This document shows, piece after piece, positions 45,909-55,820 of a stretch of 64,000 nucleotides of DNA. Both the position numbers and the translations under genes were made by a program. The stretch's first letter is position 1. Every line of letters begins with the position of its first letter. Location of the stretch: positions 1-64,000 of IMG/VR virus record IMGVR_UViG_3300042908_001045. The stretch is one strand, 5' to 3'. The notes below the pieces were generated by a model. The model ran no database searches and was not told where the DNA came from. It worked only from the letters and a program-made list of their open reading frames with translations. Source of the DNA: a virus.

Positions 45909-46868
45909 TTATTGTGCTTGCAAAGCAGTTTCTAAAAGTTCTACACGCACAGTTAGCTCTTGTATAGCTTTGACTAAAATTGGGATAAGTCTAGCTGGTG
46001 CAATTAGCTTTTGGTCTGTAACAATGTTTTCGTCAGTTTCTGGGTCTGTGTAATCAATATCGTAAGTTGACACAATACCCGGCACAGCGTATACACTTGA
46101 TTGAACAGACTCAACTTCTTGCGCTATAAACCCTATTTCCGTAATGTCCTTTTTGGTGCCAACGCATTTGCGCATGTTCCAAGTAAATTTTCTAGGAATA
46201 AGTGCATTTATGTAAGCTAGTCCACTGAAATTTAATGCTTCAATGTCTTTTTTGTCACGGGCATCTGAATGCCCAGATATTGAAGTATCAGCACATATTA
46301 AATTTGTGACTTCACTGTTTCCAAGAACAAAATGGTTGTTTTGAGTAGTTATATTTACGCCATAGACTCCAGCACTTTGTCCTATCGCCACGTTATTGAA
46401 TCCAGTGGTGTTAGAAGAAAGCGCACTTGTCCCTATCGCCGTGTTGGCATAACCAATGGTGTTAAAATAAAGCGCATCTCGTCCTATCGCCGTGTTGGCA
46501 TAACCAGCGGTGTTAGAAAAAAGCGCACCTTGCCCTATCGCCACGGTATTTACTCCAGTGGTGTTAGAATAAAGCGCATCTCGTCCTATCGCCGTGTTGG
46601 CATAACCAGTGGTGTTAGACTGAAGCGCATTTATCCCTAACGCTGCGTTATCTCCTGCTGAAAGCAAATAAGGAGTCCAAGTCGTTCCTAAATATATTTT
46701 TACTCTACTGTTATTTGTGTCAAACCAGAATTGTTGTTGTTGTGGATTACTTGGCGCTGTAGCTCCAGAGGACATGGTAGCAACTTGTTTTAATGCTTCA
46801 TTAACATACTGCCTGTAATTAGCGCCAGATACGTTTTGGATGTCTAATCCTTGAGTTCCTTGTGACAT
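45909..46868 (-). CDS. tail fibre with 14-aa repeats and peptidase S74 intramolecular chaperone
   Basis: NTAIG..AL.SNTTG repeats; SDARDKKDI, GFIAQEV, LIP.LVKAIQEL. Confidence 0.85.
   Translation of the reverse strand: MSQGTQGLDIQNVSGANYRQYVNEALKQVATMSSGATAPSNPQQQQFWFDTNNSRVKIYLGTTWTPYLLSAGDNAALGINALQSNTTGYANTAIGRDALYSNTTGVNTVAIGQGALFSNTAGYANTAIGRDALYFNTIGYANTAIGTSALSSNTTGFNNVAIGQSAGVYGVNITTQNNHFVLGNSEVTNLICADTSISGHSDARDKKDIEALNFSGLAYINALIPRKFTWNMRKCVGTKKDITEIGFIAQEVESVQSSVYAVPGIVSTYDIDYTDPETDENIVTDQKLIAPARLIPILVKAIQELTVRVELLETALQAQ
46370..46640 (-). repeat. tandem 42-bp repeats in the tail fibre
   Basis: Repeated cctatcgcc...gtgttaga units; boundaries approximate. Confidence 0.8.
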
Positions 46869-46921
46869 AATATTTAAATCAATGTTAAACTATAGTTGTA
46901 ATTATAGTATATCTTGAAAAG

Positions 46922-47299
46922 ATGAAAATTAATTGGAACAATATTCAAATACCAGCTAATGCTAAATCTACTTTAACGTGGTCAGTAGATTATGCAAGCA
47001 TTGTTCATGAAGGTACTGGGGCTAATTATCCGCCTCGTCCATGGGTAGATGAAGCTAGAAGACATTTCCAGAATGAATTTAACAATTATGCTACAAACGC
47101 TTTAAATTCTGCTGATTATAAGCAAGCATTTTACAGTATTACTAAAGATTTTGGGCAATTGTGCCAAGATAAAATAGAAGAATCAATTTATCCTTGGCCG
47201 GGTGAGACTAAAAGGAAAAGTGGCGATATAGTTACTTCTCCTCGAAATATTGTTGATACAAAAAAGTTATACAATTCTTACTTAATTACTCACGAATGA
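46922..47299 (+). CDS. neck/tail-completion protein (HK97 gp10-like)
   Basis: YA..VHEGT...PPRPW, RNIVDT..L.NS. Confidence 0.65.
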   Translation: MKINWNNIQIPANAKSTLTWSVDYASIVHEGTGANYPPRPWVDEARRHFQNEFNNYATNALNSADYKQAFYSITKDFGQLCQDKIEESIYPWPGETKRKSGDIVTSPRNIVDTKKLYNSYLITHE

Positions 47300-47673
47300 A
47301 CTTAGTAGAACTAAACACTAAATTACGCGCGTTGTTAACTCCAGAGTTAGGTACGTATAGTAATGGCGCGCTATCTATTTGGGCTTATGGATCTAGTAAT
47401 CCACCTCCTTCTGTTAGTAATGGATTAGAATGCTTGATTAGGCAAGTGCCTCTTGGGTATGCAAAGTCGTCTAGTGCTGGGCAAAAATACAAAATTCAAG
47501 AATGGGAGATATATTTAAAAAACTACAAAAAAGATTTAAATTTATCTAAAGCAATAATTAAGATAGAAAAAAGTTTTTCAGTTATACAAGTAGTCCATAT
47601 GCCTTATAGTTTAGATACAATTGAACAAGCAAGAATACTTATTAAGGATCCAATAGTTTTTCAGTCTTTCTAA
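47296..47673 (+). CDS. putative tail terminator
   Basis: Size and position before the tube genes. Confidence 0.5.
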   Translation: MNLVELNTKLRALLTPELGTYSNGALSIWAYGSSNPPPSVSNGLECLIRQVPLGYAKSSSAGQKYKIQEWEIYLKNYKKDLNLSKAIIKIEKSFSVIQVVHMPYSLDTIEQARILIKDPIVFQSF

Positions 47674-47715
47674 TAAAATGGCAATTATAAGTTAATAAAG
47701 GATTAAAAGAAGCTC

Positions 47716-48747
47716 ATGCCATTAGCCACAGCATCTGTTGTTTTACAAAGTTATACACTTGATTTAATGCTTTTGGGACTTAATGTTTTTGGCGCTTCAA
47801 ACAGATTTGTAGCCAAAGATATTTTAACAGTCCAGAATAATGCTGCGGTTTATGACAAAAGTATTATTTTAAAAAGTAACTCAAGTACTGGAACTTATTT
47901 AAGAGCTGGAACAGGAATTAGTTTTAGTGGTGTTAATTACAGAAATCAAGTAGTAGTAGCAGAAGACATTACTGTAACTGGATCTAGTGGTTCTGTTACA
48001 TCAGTAAAAGTAGAGCCATTGTTAAAACCATTGTCTAGTGGAGTAACTGGGACTGTTTTAGCTCCTGTTAGAATGATTCTTAATTCAGTTGACACAACTA
48101 ATAATATTGACACTTGGCGATTTGTAGATTCAATGACAACAATTGAAGGGTTAAGCCCATTTACTAGAGCAGTGATAAGTATTGTTAATCCCGTGGCTGG
48201 CTCTTCTCCTATAATGATACCTCAAAATGCTAATCTTGATTTTGGTTCTTTAACTCCAATTAATCCTGATGTTGTTTTTTTAAATTCAACATCCAGCTCA
48301 GTTATTTATTTTAATGGTAGCCCAAATACACTAAATATTTCTGCTGGTTCACAAGCAAGTTATTTAACTGGTTCTATTCCATTGTGTGGTATTCAAACAA
48401 TGGATTTAAGTAATCAAGATACTCAAATAGATATTACAACGTTTCAATCTGGACTTGGGACAGATTCTAACACAGTAAGATATTCTCGCTCGTATTCAAT
48501 TTCTGGCATTTCATTGTCTGGGGATGAGGCACTTGAAAAAATAGTTAAACCAGCTGCTGGACTAAAATCTATATCTAATGGGAAAGAAGTGTATGCAATA
48601 GCTACTTTTCCTGATGGAGAAAGAATAGAAGGAGTTGCTGTAATAAACAATTTGAATTTACCTACCAATCAAAATGAAGTTAAGAAATATTCATTTACTT
48701 TAACTTTTCTTGGTAAAAATTTTAATTGGGATTCTCCTATAATTTAA
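47716..48747 (+). CDS. tail tube-like protein, paralog 1 (one inserted domain)
   Basis: Shared N-terminus MPLATA and C-terminal GIQT.DLSNQ...NQNEVKKYSFTLTF. Confidence 0.65.
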   Translation: MPLATASVVLQSYTLDLMLLGLNVFGASNRFVAKDILTVQNNAAVYDKSIILKSNSSTGTYLRAGTGISFSGVNYRNQVVVAEDITVTGSSGSVTSVKVEPLLKPLSSGVTGTVLAPVRMILNSVDTTNNIDTWRFVDSMTTIEGLSPFTRAVISIVNPVAGSSPIMIPQNANLDFGSLTPINPDVVFLNSTSSSVIYFNGSPNTLNISAGSQASYLTGSIPLCGIQTMDLSNQDTQIDITTFQSGLGTDSNTVRYSRSYSISGISLSGDEALEKIVKPAAGLKSISNGKEVYAIATFPDGERIEGVAVINNLNLPTNQNEVKKYSFTLTFLGKNFNWDSPII

Positions 48748-48805
48748 TAAAGCTAAAGTTGGATATATCTGGCAAGTATAAAGTAAGAAAAGGATTAAAA
48801 GTCTT

Positions 48806-51800
48806 ATGCCATTAGCCACAGCATCTGTTATTTTACAAAATTACACACTTGATTTGATGCTTTTAGGGACTAGTGCGTCTGGAGCGTCTAATAGATTTGT
48901 GGCTAAAGATATTTTAACAGTTCAGAGCAACGCAGCTATTTACGATAAAGATATTGTATTAAGAACTAGTTCAACTAGTGGAACGTATTTAAGAGCTGGG
49001 CTTGGAATTAGTTTTGACGAATCTGGCTATAAAAATCAAGTAGTAATCGCACAAGATGTTACAATTGCCAGTAATGTAAATACTAACGTCAAAGTAGAGC
49101 CGTTATTAAAACCATTATCTAGTGGAGTAACCGGTACTGTCTTGGCTCCCATTAGATTACAATTAACTTCAGTTGACACTACCAATAATATTGATAGCTG
49201 GTATTTTATAGATTTAATGCCAAAAATTCAAGGAAACAGTCCTTTTACTCAGGCAAAAATAAAAACTACTAATTTACCTGCTGATTCTCCTTCTGTAATG
49301 GTAAAAGAATCAAAACTTGCTTTTGGTAATACTGTTTTAACAATTGCAAATACTGATGTTATAAAAACTCCAATAAATTTATTTAATACGTTTGTTCGAG
49401 TTCATATAGCGTCGGTAGATTCTACTAATTTTGTTGATAGCTGGCGTTATATAGATTTTATGCCAACTATACAGGGAGAAAGTCCATTTACTCAATCAAA
49501 GTTAAGAGTTAGTAATTTAGACCGCAACACACAATCAGTAGTAGCTCCATATTCAAGTCTTGTTTTTGAAAATATTAATGTAAGTTTAACGGTATCTCCT
49601 GAAATATTTATTAGCTTTCTTGATACAATTAATGATGGTAATAGCTTATTTACTCAAGCTGTTATAGAGATGAGAAAACTACCTTTTGATTACAGCTCAA
49701 TAACAGTACCTGATTCAACTTTTGTTTTTAATAATGTTCCATTAGCCACAGAAGTCAGTATTAGACCGCAAATTACTTGGGTTGACGAAGGCGTTGATGT
49801 TTACATACATTCAATTAACACAAATAATAATATCGATACTTGGCGTTACATAGATTTTATCTCAAATATTGATAATGGAATTAGTCCATTTACTCAAGTA
49901 AATTTAGGAGTTAATAGATTACCATCTAACGCTCCATTTGTACAAATTCCGGATTCGGTACTTATTTTTAATGGAATTAGTACAAGTAAAAGCGTGCCTC
50001 CTGAGTTGTATGTTAGCTCTGTTGATACAAATAACAATGGAAATATTCTATATACCAAAGTTGTTGTAAAAACAAGAAAGATACCTTTTGATTTTTCATC
50101 AATAACAATACCTGATTCAGCATTTACTTTTGGAAATGTTCAGCCAACTGCAAACGTTAATGCTGAAGCACGATTATCTTGGGTTGATGAAGGCGTTGAT
50201 GTTTATATAGATTCAATTAATACAAGCAATATTAATACTTGGCGTTATATAGACTTTGTCTCAGATATTGACAATGGAACTAGCCCATTTACCCAGGCAA
50301 GCATAAAAGTTAGTAGATTGCCATCTAACGCTCCATTTGTGCAAATTCCGGATTCAGTACTTACTTTTGATGGAATTAGCACAAGTAAAAGTGTACCTCC
50401 TGAGTTGTATGTTAGTTTTGTTGGTACAAATAATTTTATTGATACTTGGCGATTTATTGATTCAATGCCAACAATTCAAGGTAGTAGTCCATTTACACAA
50501 GTTATTTTAAAGACAAGAAAAATACCTTTTGATACTTCTTCAATAGCTATACCTGATTCAGCTTTTACTTTTGCAGGTATTCAGCCAAGTACAGATGTGT
50601 CTAGCATTAAAAACATTTTTTTATCTGGTGGTGATACTGCAACAGTTTATTATGCTGGTAGCCCAGATACTTCATTAATTTCTGTTGGATTGTTCAATAC
50701 ATTTACAGCTTTTGTCCCTACTTCTCCTGGGTACAATGGAGTTATAATTAACCAAAATTCTGCATCAATAGTTTATTTTGATGGCGCTCCCAATCAAGTA
50801 TCTGTTGCTGTTGGATCATTGTTTTCTTACGTTACCAATTTTATTGATACATGGCGTTTCATTGATTTAATGCCAACAGTTGAATCAATTAGTCCGTTTA
50901 CACAAGCTAAAATAACAGTTACAGAAACGCCAGTAGAATACAATTTCGTAACAATACTTCAGTCTAGTCTTGTTTTTAATAATATTAGTGCAATTGAATC
51001 TAGCGTTGTAGTCAATAGAAACTCAGAAGCAATAATTTATTTTAATGGTAATCCACGTACCTTGCCTATTTCTATTGGATTGTCGTCTAATCCTTTTCCA
51101 GTATCAGTGCCTTCGTTAAATGACGTTAGAAATACTCTATTATCTGGTAACGATACTGCAACAATTTATTTTAATGGCATTCCAGGTACATTGCCTATTT
51201 CAGTAGGTTTATTTAACACATTTACAGCTTTTGTCCCTACTTCTCCTGGGTACAATGGAGTTATAGTTAACCAAAATTCTACATCAATAGCTTATTTTGA
51301 TGGCGCTCCTGGCACGGTACCTATTTCAGTAGGTCTCTTTAATTCTTACGTTACCAACTTTATTGATACATGGCGTTTCATTGATTCAATGCCAACAGTT
51401 GAATCAATTAGTCCGTTTACGCAATCTAAAATAAAAGTTACAAAAACGCCAGTAGAATATGCCTCAGTGACTGTACCTCAATCTAGTCTTACTTTTAATG
51501 GGCTTACTGCACTCGAAAGTAGTGCTATAGTTAACAGAAACTCAGAAGCAATAATTTATTTTAATGGCAGCCCACGGACTTTACCGATTTCTGCTGGGTT
51601 AACATCTAGTTCTTTCCGTGTAACTGTTCCTCCATTGTCTGAAATTAAAAATACTGTTCTATCTGGCAATAATATAAAGAGAACAGTTTACTTTGATGGA
51701 CTCCCAGGTACGTTGCCTATATCTACTGGATTGTTTAACACATTCACTGCTTTTGTTCCTCCAACACCTGGATATAATGGAGTTTTCATTGCTAGAAATT

Positions 51801-52411
51801 CCAGGACTACAGTTTACTTTGATGGTGAGCCAAATACATTGCCTATTTCTACAGAATCATCTAATACTTATGTAACAGGAATTTTCCCTTTTTCTGCTGC
51901 ACAAGAAATGGATTTAGATGAACAGGAAATACAGTTTTATGGAACAGATCCTGGTATTACTGAAATTTATTTTAACGGCAGTCCAAATACATTGCCTATT
52001 TCAGCTGGATCCCAGACAAACTATTTAACTGGTCCTATTCCTCTTTGTGGTATTCAGGCAATGGATTTAAGTAATCAAGATACTCAAATAGATACAACAA
52101 CATTTCAATCTGGTGTTAAAACAGATGCTAGTGTTGTACGTTCTGCACGGTCTTATAATGTATCTGGGATTGCTTTAGTTGGGGATGAAGCATTGGAGAA
52201 AATAGTCAAAAAAGCAAATGGGCTAACTCCAACTTCATTTGAATTTGTAGGAGATGAAGTGTATGCTGTAGCCACATTTCCAGATGGAGAAAAGATAGAA
52301 GGCGCTGCTTTGATAACCAATCTAAGTCTACCTGGCAACCAAAACGAAGTTAAAAAGTATTCTTTTACTTTAACTTTTCTTGGTAAAAAAATGTCTCAAA
52401 TTTTACTTTAA
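48806..52411 (+). CDS. tail tube-like protein, paralog 2 (nine nested inserted domains)
   Basis: Same termini plus internal repeats. Confidence 0.65.
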   Translation: MPLATASVILQNYTLDLMLLGTSASGASNRFVAKDILTVQSNAAIYDKDIVLRTSSTSGTYLRAGLGISFDESGYKNQVVIAQDVTIASNVNTNVKVEPLLKPLSSGVTGTVLAPIRLQLTSVDTTNNIDSWYFIDLMPKIQGNSPFTQAKIKTTNLPADSPSVMVKESKLAFGNTVLTIANTDVIKTPINLFNTFVRVHIASVDSTNFVDSWRYIDFMPTIQGESPFTQSKLRVSNLDRNTQSVVAPYSSLVFENINVSLTVSPEIFISFLDTINDGNSLFTQAVIEMRKLPFDYSSITVPDSTFVFNNVPLATEVSIRPQITWVDEGVDVYIHSINTNNNIDTWRYIDFISNIDNGISPFTQVNLGVNRLPSNAPFVQIPDSVLIFNGISTSKSVPPELYVSSVDTNNNGNILYTKVVVKTRKIPFDFSSITIPDSAFTFGNVQPTANVNAEARLSWVDEGVDVYIDSINTSNINTWRYIDFVSDIDNGTSPFTQASIKVSRLPSNAPFVQIPDSVLTFDGISTSKSVPPELYVSFVGTNNFIDTWRFIDSMPTIQGSSPFTQVILKTRKIPFDTSSIAIPDSAFTFAGIQPSTDVSSIKNIFLSGGDTATVYYAGSPDTSLISVGLFNTFTAFVPTSPGYNGVIINQNSASIVYFDGAPNQVSVAVGSLFSYVTNFIDTWRFIDLMPTVESISPFTQAKITVTETPVEYNFVTILQSSLVFNNISAIESSVVVNRNSEAIIYFNGNPRTLPISIGLSSNPFPVSVPSLNDVRNTLLSGNDTATIYFNGIPGTLPISVGLFNTFTAFVPTSPGYNGVIVNQNSTSIAYFDGAPGTVPISVGLFNSYVTNFIDTWRFIDSMPTVESISPFTQSKIKVTKTPVEYASVTVPQSSLTFNGLTALESSAIVNRNSEAIIYFNGSPRTLPISAGLTSSSFRVTVPPLSEIKNTVLSGNNIKRTVYFDGLPGTLPISTGLFNTFTAFVPPTPGYNGVFIARNSRTTVYFDGEPNTLPISTESSNTYVTGIFPFSAAQEMDLDEQEIQFYGTDPGITEIYFNGSPNTLPISAGSQTNYLTGPIPLCGIQAMDLSNQDTQIDTTTFQSGVKTDASVVRSARSYNVSGIALVGDEALEKIVKKANGLTPTSFEFVGDEVYAVATFPDGEKIEGAALITNLSLPGNQNEVKKYSFTLTFLGKKMSQILL

Positions 52412-52427
52412 CAAATAAGGAGAAATT

Positions 52428-53225
52428 ATGCCTTTAGCTACCGCTCCAGTTATTTTACAAGATTATTCTTTAGAAGTAATGCTATTGCCTTTGGTTACAA
52501 GTGGGTTTGCTGCTGGAACTTCTGATAGAAACATTAGTTCGTTAAGACGTGTTCTTACTTGTACTACTCAAGTTGCACCTCCTACCAGCGGTGGTGTAGC
52601 TACACTTGCATTGACCACTGATGAAGGTAGTAGTTCTTCTCCAACAATCATTAAGGAAGGCACTGGATTATCGTTTATAGAACCACTTGCGCAAAATGCC
52701 CCAGCTGGAACTGTTAGAACTAGAATTCAAGTAATGGCTGCTGAAGATAAAAGTATTGCGCATGGCGCTAGTGCTACTGATTTGAAAGTAATTGGACTAG
52801 ACAGAACTATTGCTGCAAATAGCACGGCTGCATTAATTGAGGGTTTACTCCCATTAAGCGGTATTCAAACACTAGATTTGAGTAATCAAGAAACTCAAGT
52901 TGATACCACTTCTTTCCAATCTGGATCCGGAACAGAAATGGCAATGATTCGCGTGGCTCGTGCCTATTCCGTGTCTGGTATTGCATTGGCTGGAGATGAG
53001 GCGCTCGAAAGAGTAGTTAAACCAGTTGCTGGATTTCAGGGAGAATTTTTTGGTAGAGAAATTTATGCTGTAGCTACATTCCCAGACGGTGAAAGATTGG
53101 CAGGTGCTGCTAAAGTAACTGCGTTTAACTTTCCAGCCAACCAAAACGAAGTTAAAAAGTACAGTTTTACGCTAACATTTATGGGTAAATCCTTTGAATG
53201 GAATCCTCCATATTCTATTAGCTAA
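52428..53225 (+). CDS. tail tube protein, paralog 3 (probable major tube)
   Basis: Strong AAGGAG RBS; same termini. Confidence 0.7.
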   Translation: MPLATAPVILQDYSLEVMLLPLVTSGFAAGTSDRNISSLRRVLTCTTQVAPPTSGGVATLALTTDEGSSSSPTIIKEGTGLSFIEPLAQNAPAGTVRTRIQVMAAEDKSIAHGASATDLKVIGLDRTIAANSTAALIEGLLPLSGIQTLDLSNQETQVDTTSFQSGSGTEMAMIRVARAYSVSGIALAGDEALERVVKPVAGFQGEFFGREIYAVATFPDGERLAGAAKVTAFNFPANQNEVKKYSFTLTFMGKSFEWNPPYSIS

Positions 53226-53227
53226 AT

Positions 53228-53953
53228 ATGTCTTTTTCCCAACCACTTTGCAACAGCTCTCTTGACGTAATGCTGCTTCCCAGCAACAGTGCGGGAAGCA
53301 CTATTACTGACGTTACGAAGGTGACAGCTTTAATTGCTCAAACTGCTAACATTGGGTCTTCTCAAATCTATTTGCAAGTCGTCGGTGGATCTTACTTTGT
53401 TCCCGCCGGCATTGCTTTGTCTTTTGCGGGAACTTCTGTTAGTGGCGTAGCGTCTAGGCGAAGACAAGTTGTAATATCTCAAGATGTTGTGTTAACAACA
53501 AGTCCACTATTAGTTCCGGTAGAGCCTTTACAATATCCGGTACTGCAAACTGATAGCGCAGTCGTTGTACCTGGATTACTCCCAATTAATGGTATTACGA
53601 CTTTAGATATTTCAGCTCAAGAAACTTCTGTTGACACAACTAATGCTTCATCTCGTAAAGGAGTGAATAGCGTTTTCATACGCAGGGCGATCAGCTGCAA
53701 TGTTAGCGGCATTGCGTTGGCTGGAGACAAGGCGTTGGAGACAGTAATTAAGCCAGCTGGAATATTCTCTAATAGTTTGTATGGTAGAGATATTTATGCT
53801 GTAATTACTTTACCTAATGGAGAGAGAATTGTTGGAGTGGCTAAAGTTGGTGGCATATCTTTCCCAGCTAATCAAAACGAAGTTATGAAATATTCGTTTA
53901 ACTTAATATTCCAAGGAGATTTACTTGAGTGGACTTCTGCTTTTAGTTTTTGA
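53228..53953 (+). CDS. tail tube-like protein, paralog 4
   Basis: GITTLD...GIALAGD.ALE...NQNEV.KYSF. Confidence 0.65.
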   Translation: MSFSQPLCNSSLDVMLLPSNSAGSTITDVTKVTALIAQTANIGSSQIYLQVVGGSYFVPAGIALSFAGTSVSGVASRRRQVVISQDVVLTTSPLLVPVEPLQYPVLQTDSAVVVPGLLPINGITTLDISAQETSVDTTNASSRKGVNSVFIRRAISCNVSGIALAGDKALETVIKPAGIFSNSLYGRDIYAVITLPNGERIVGVAKVGGISFPANQNEVMKYSFNLIFQGDLLEWTSAFSF

Positions 53954-54010
53954 GTTATTATTTTAAAAATAACCTTAATGGTTTATTGACCACCACCACA
54001 TCAAGTAACA

Positions 54011-54244
54011 ATGAAGATTTTAACAGACAGTACTCAGCTCCTTGCCGTATTAATTAATTGCACCAGAGAAGGAAAATCCTTGTATTGTGGTGCTGCTATT
54101 TTTAAAGGGGGATTATCAGGAACTATTAATGTTTCTGATAAATTTAGTTCGTATACAATTAAAGTTCCAGAATCAGTTGCTAAAACTGCTACTAAAGAAT
54201 GTTATATTGATGAGTATGATTCTTTAGAATTTGAGATTGTGTAA
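54011..54244 (+). CDS. hypothetical protein
   Basis: 77-aa ORF in operon. Confidence 0.6.
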   Translation: MKILTDSTQLLAVLINCTREGKSLYCGAAIFKGGLSGTINVSDKFSSYTIKVPESVAKTATKECYIDEYDSLEFEIV

Positions 54245-54245
54245 A

Positions 54246-55076
54246 ATGCTTGGATTTATCACTGGCAATCCTAAAACTAATTTTATAAAAGTAGGAGATG
54301 TGCTTTTCTTTCCCAAGAAAGACGGTATTACTGTTGGGGAAAGAAGACAACTAGCCGAAACAGAACAAAGTAGGCAGCATGCTTCTTTGAAGATTCGTCG
54401 ATTAGTTGGAAAAATTGCGCAACAAAAAGGGATTTCACTAGAAGAAGCTACAAAACTTTTAACTGGTGGTATGACCGAACAAGATGGTGTTGAGGTCATT
54501 GACAACACTGAAGTTGTATTAGAATATGCTGATGATTTAGCTGATATCAATGCTTATACATCTAGCATGGAACTTAACCTAAAATCTGTTGTAGCAACAA
54601 TGCTTATTAAAGAGCGTGTTGCACATATTATTAGTGTTGTTGTAGATGCTAATAAAGATGACAAAAAGTTGGTAATTGAGCCTTTGCCAGCAGATTTTTT
54701 ACTAGAAAAAGGCACTAAAATTAGATTTGGGGAGAGTTACGAAAATTCATTCATTGTAACAGTAGAAGATAATTATAGCGAAAATGCAGAACAAATTAGA
54801 GTTTCTGCATTACCTAAAAATATTACTGCTGGAACAGTTGGATTTTTACATAGAGGAAAAATTCCTTTACTTGGTTATCCTAGTTGGAATTTAGAAAAGA
54901 CCTATTCTTTAGATGAGACTTTGGTAGATGAAATTTACGATTTTTATCTTAATGAGTCTAGCAGATGGAAAAAAATAGAAGAAACTGAAACGCAGGGGGA
55001 GGATCAACTGGAGAGTCGGAAATTCCCAGAATTGACTGGGAAGGACTCTACTGGAGAATTCAGTCTTACAGAATAG
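54246..55076 (+). CDS. tail assembly chaperone (gpG-like)
   Basis: After tube genes; followed by a -1 frame extension. Confidence 0.6.
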   Translation: MLGFITGNPKTNFIKVGDVLFFPKKDGITVGERRQLAETEQSRQHASLKIRRLVGKIAQQKGISLEEATKLLTGGMTEQDGVEVIDNTEVVLEYADDLADINAYTSSMELNLKSVVATMLIKERVAHIISVVVDANKDDKKLVIEPLPADFLLEKGTKIRFGESYENSFIVTVEDNYSENAEQIRVSALPKNITAGTVGFLHRGKIPLLGYPSWNLEKTYSLDETLVDEIYDFYLNESSRWKKIEETETQGEDQLESRKFPELTGKDSTGEFSLTE

Positions 55077-55411
55077 CTGATCCCAGATTTACTAGCTGGG
55101 AATCATATTTAGAGCAACTTGATTACGTAGTTTTTAATTGCATTAATCAAATGGAGAAGCTACGCCAACAAGAACTAAATATGCAAGCTAGAGTTCATGC
55201 TATTGGCTGGGCAGGACTATTTAATGGATTTAAAGGTAAAGACGATCCATCTATTAAATACACTGATTTACTGCCATTCCCAGACAGAAGCAAATCTGAA
55301 GGAAATGGCGTATTAAGTCCAAAAACTAAAACTATTATTGAGGACGCTATTAAAAAACGGGAATTGCCAATACAAACATTAACTTCTTTGGCAATGCTTC
55401 TGGAAAAATAA
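54995..55411 (+). CDS. gpT-like -1 frameshift extension (slippery G GGG GAG at 54995-55001)
   Basis: -1 frame open from 54989 to 55411, in frame with ORF 55151..55411. Confidence 0.65.
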   Translation, partial: GGGSTGESEIPRIDWEGLYWRIQSYRIADPRFTSWESYLEQLDYVVFNCINQMEKLRQQELNMQARVHAIGWAGLFNGFKGKDDPSIKYTDLLPFPDRSKSEGNGVLSPKTKTIIEDAIKKRELPIQTLTSLAMLLEK

Positions 55412-55430
55412 TTAAAAGGCATGTAGTAAT

Positions 55431-55820
55431 CTATATGCCTTTTATAGCGTCTTTAGCAGCTTTTAGTATTGTTTTTATAGTTTGATATGTTTGAATAAAT
55501 AATGTTTTTAAGCTAGAAGTAAATATTTGTAAACACTGAAAGATTAACACAACAGTCATTATAAGTATGGTTTGTTTGTTCAAATCATCTTCTAGCGAAC
55601 AAAGCTCAAATGTGGCTTTGTATGAACTATTAGTAGATTTAAACATTACTAAGTTTACATTTTTAACTTTATTTTTAATATAAGACAAAACTGCATCTTG
55701 ATTTTCTTCTATCTTCTGGCATATATCATCTTCACAACTTATGAAAATGTCAGTATGCCCATTGCGCTCTAAACAAGATATAGAACAGTTATTTAAAATA
55801 TCAAGAACAATTTGGCTCAT
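55431..55820 (-). CDS. hypothetical protein (paralog of 40234..40656)
   Basis: ILNNCSISCLE...DIFISCEDD; C-terminal hydrophobic segment. Confidence 0.6.
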   Translation of the reverse strand: MSQIVLDILNNCSISCLERNGHTDIFISCEDDICQKIEENQDAVLSYIKNKVKNVNLVMFKSTNSSYKATFELCSLEDDLNKQTILIMTVVLIFQCLQIFTSSLKTLFIQTYQTIKTILKAAKDAIKGI

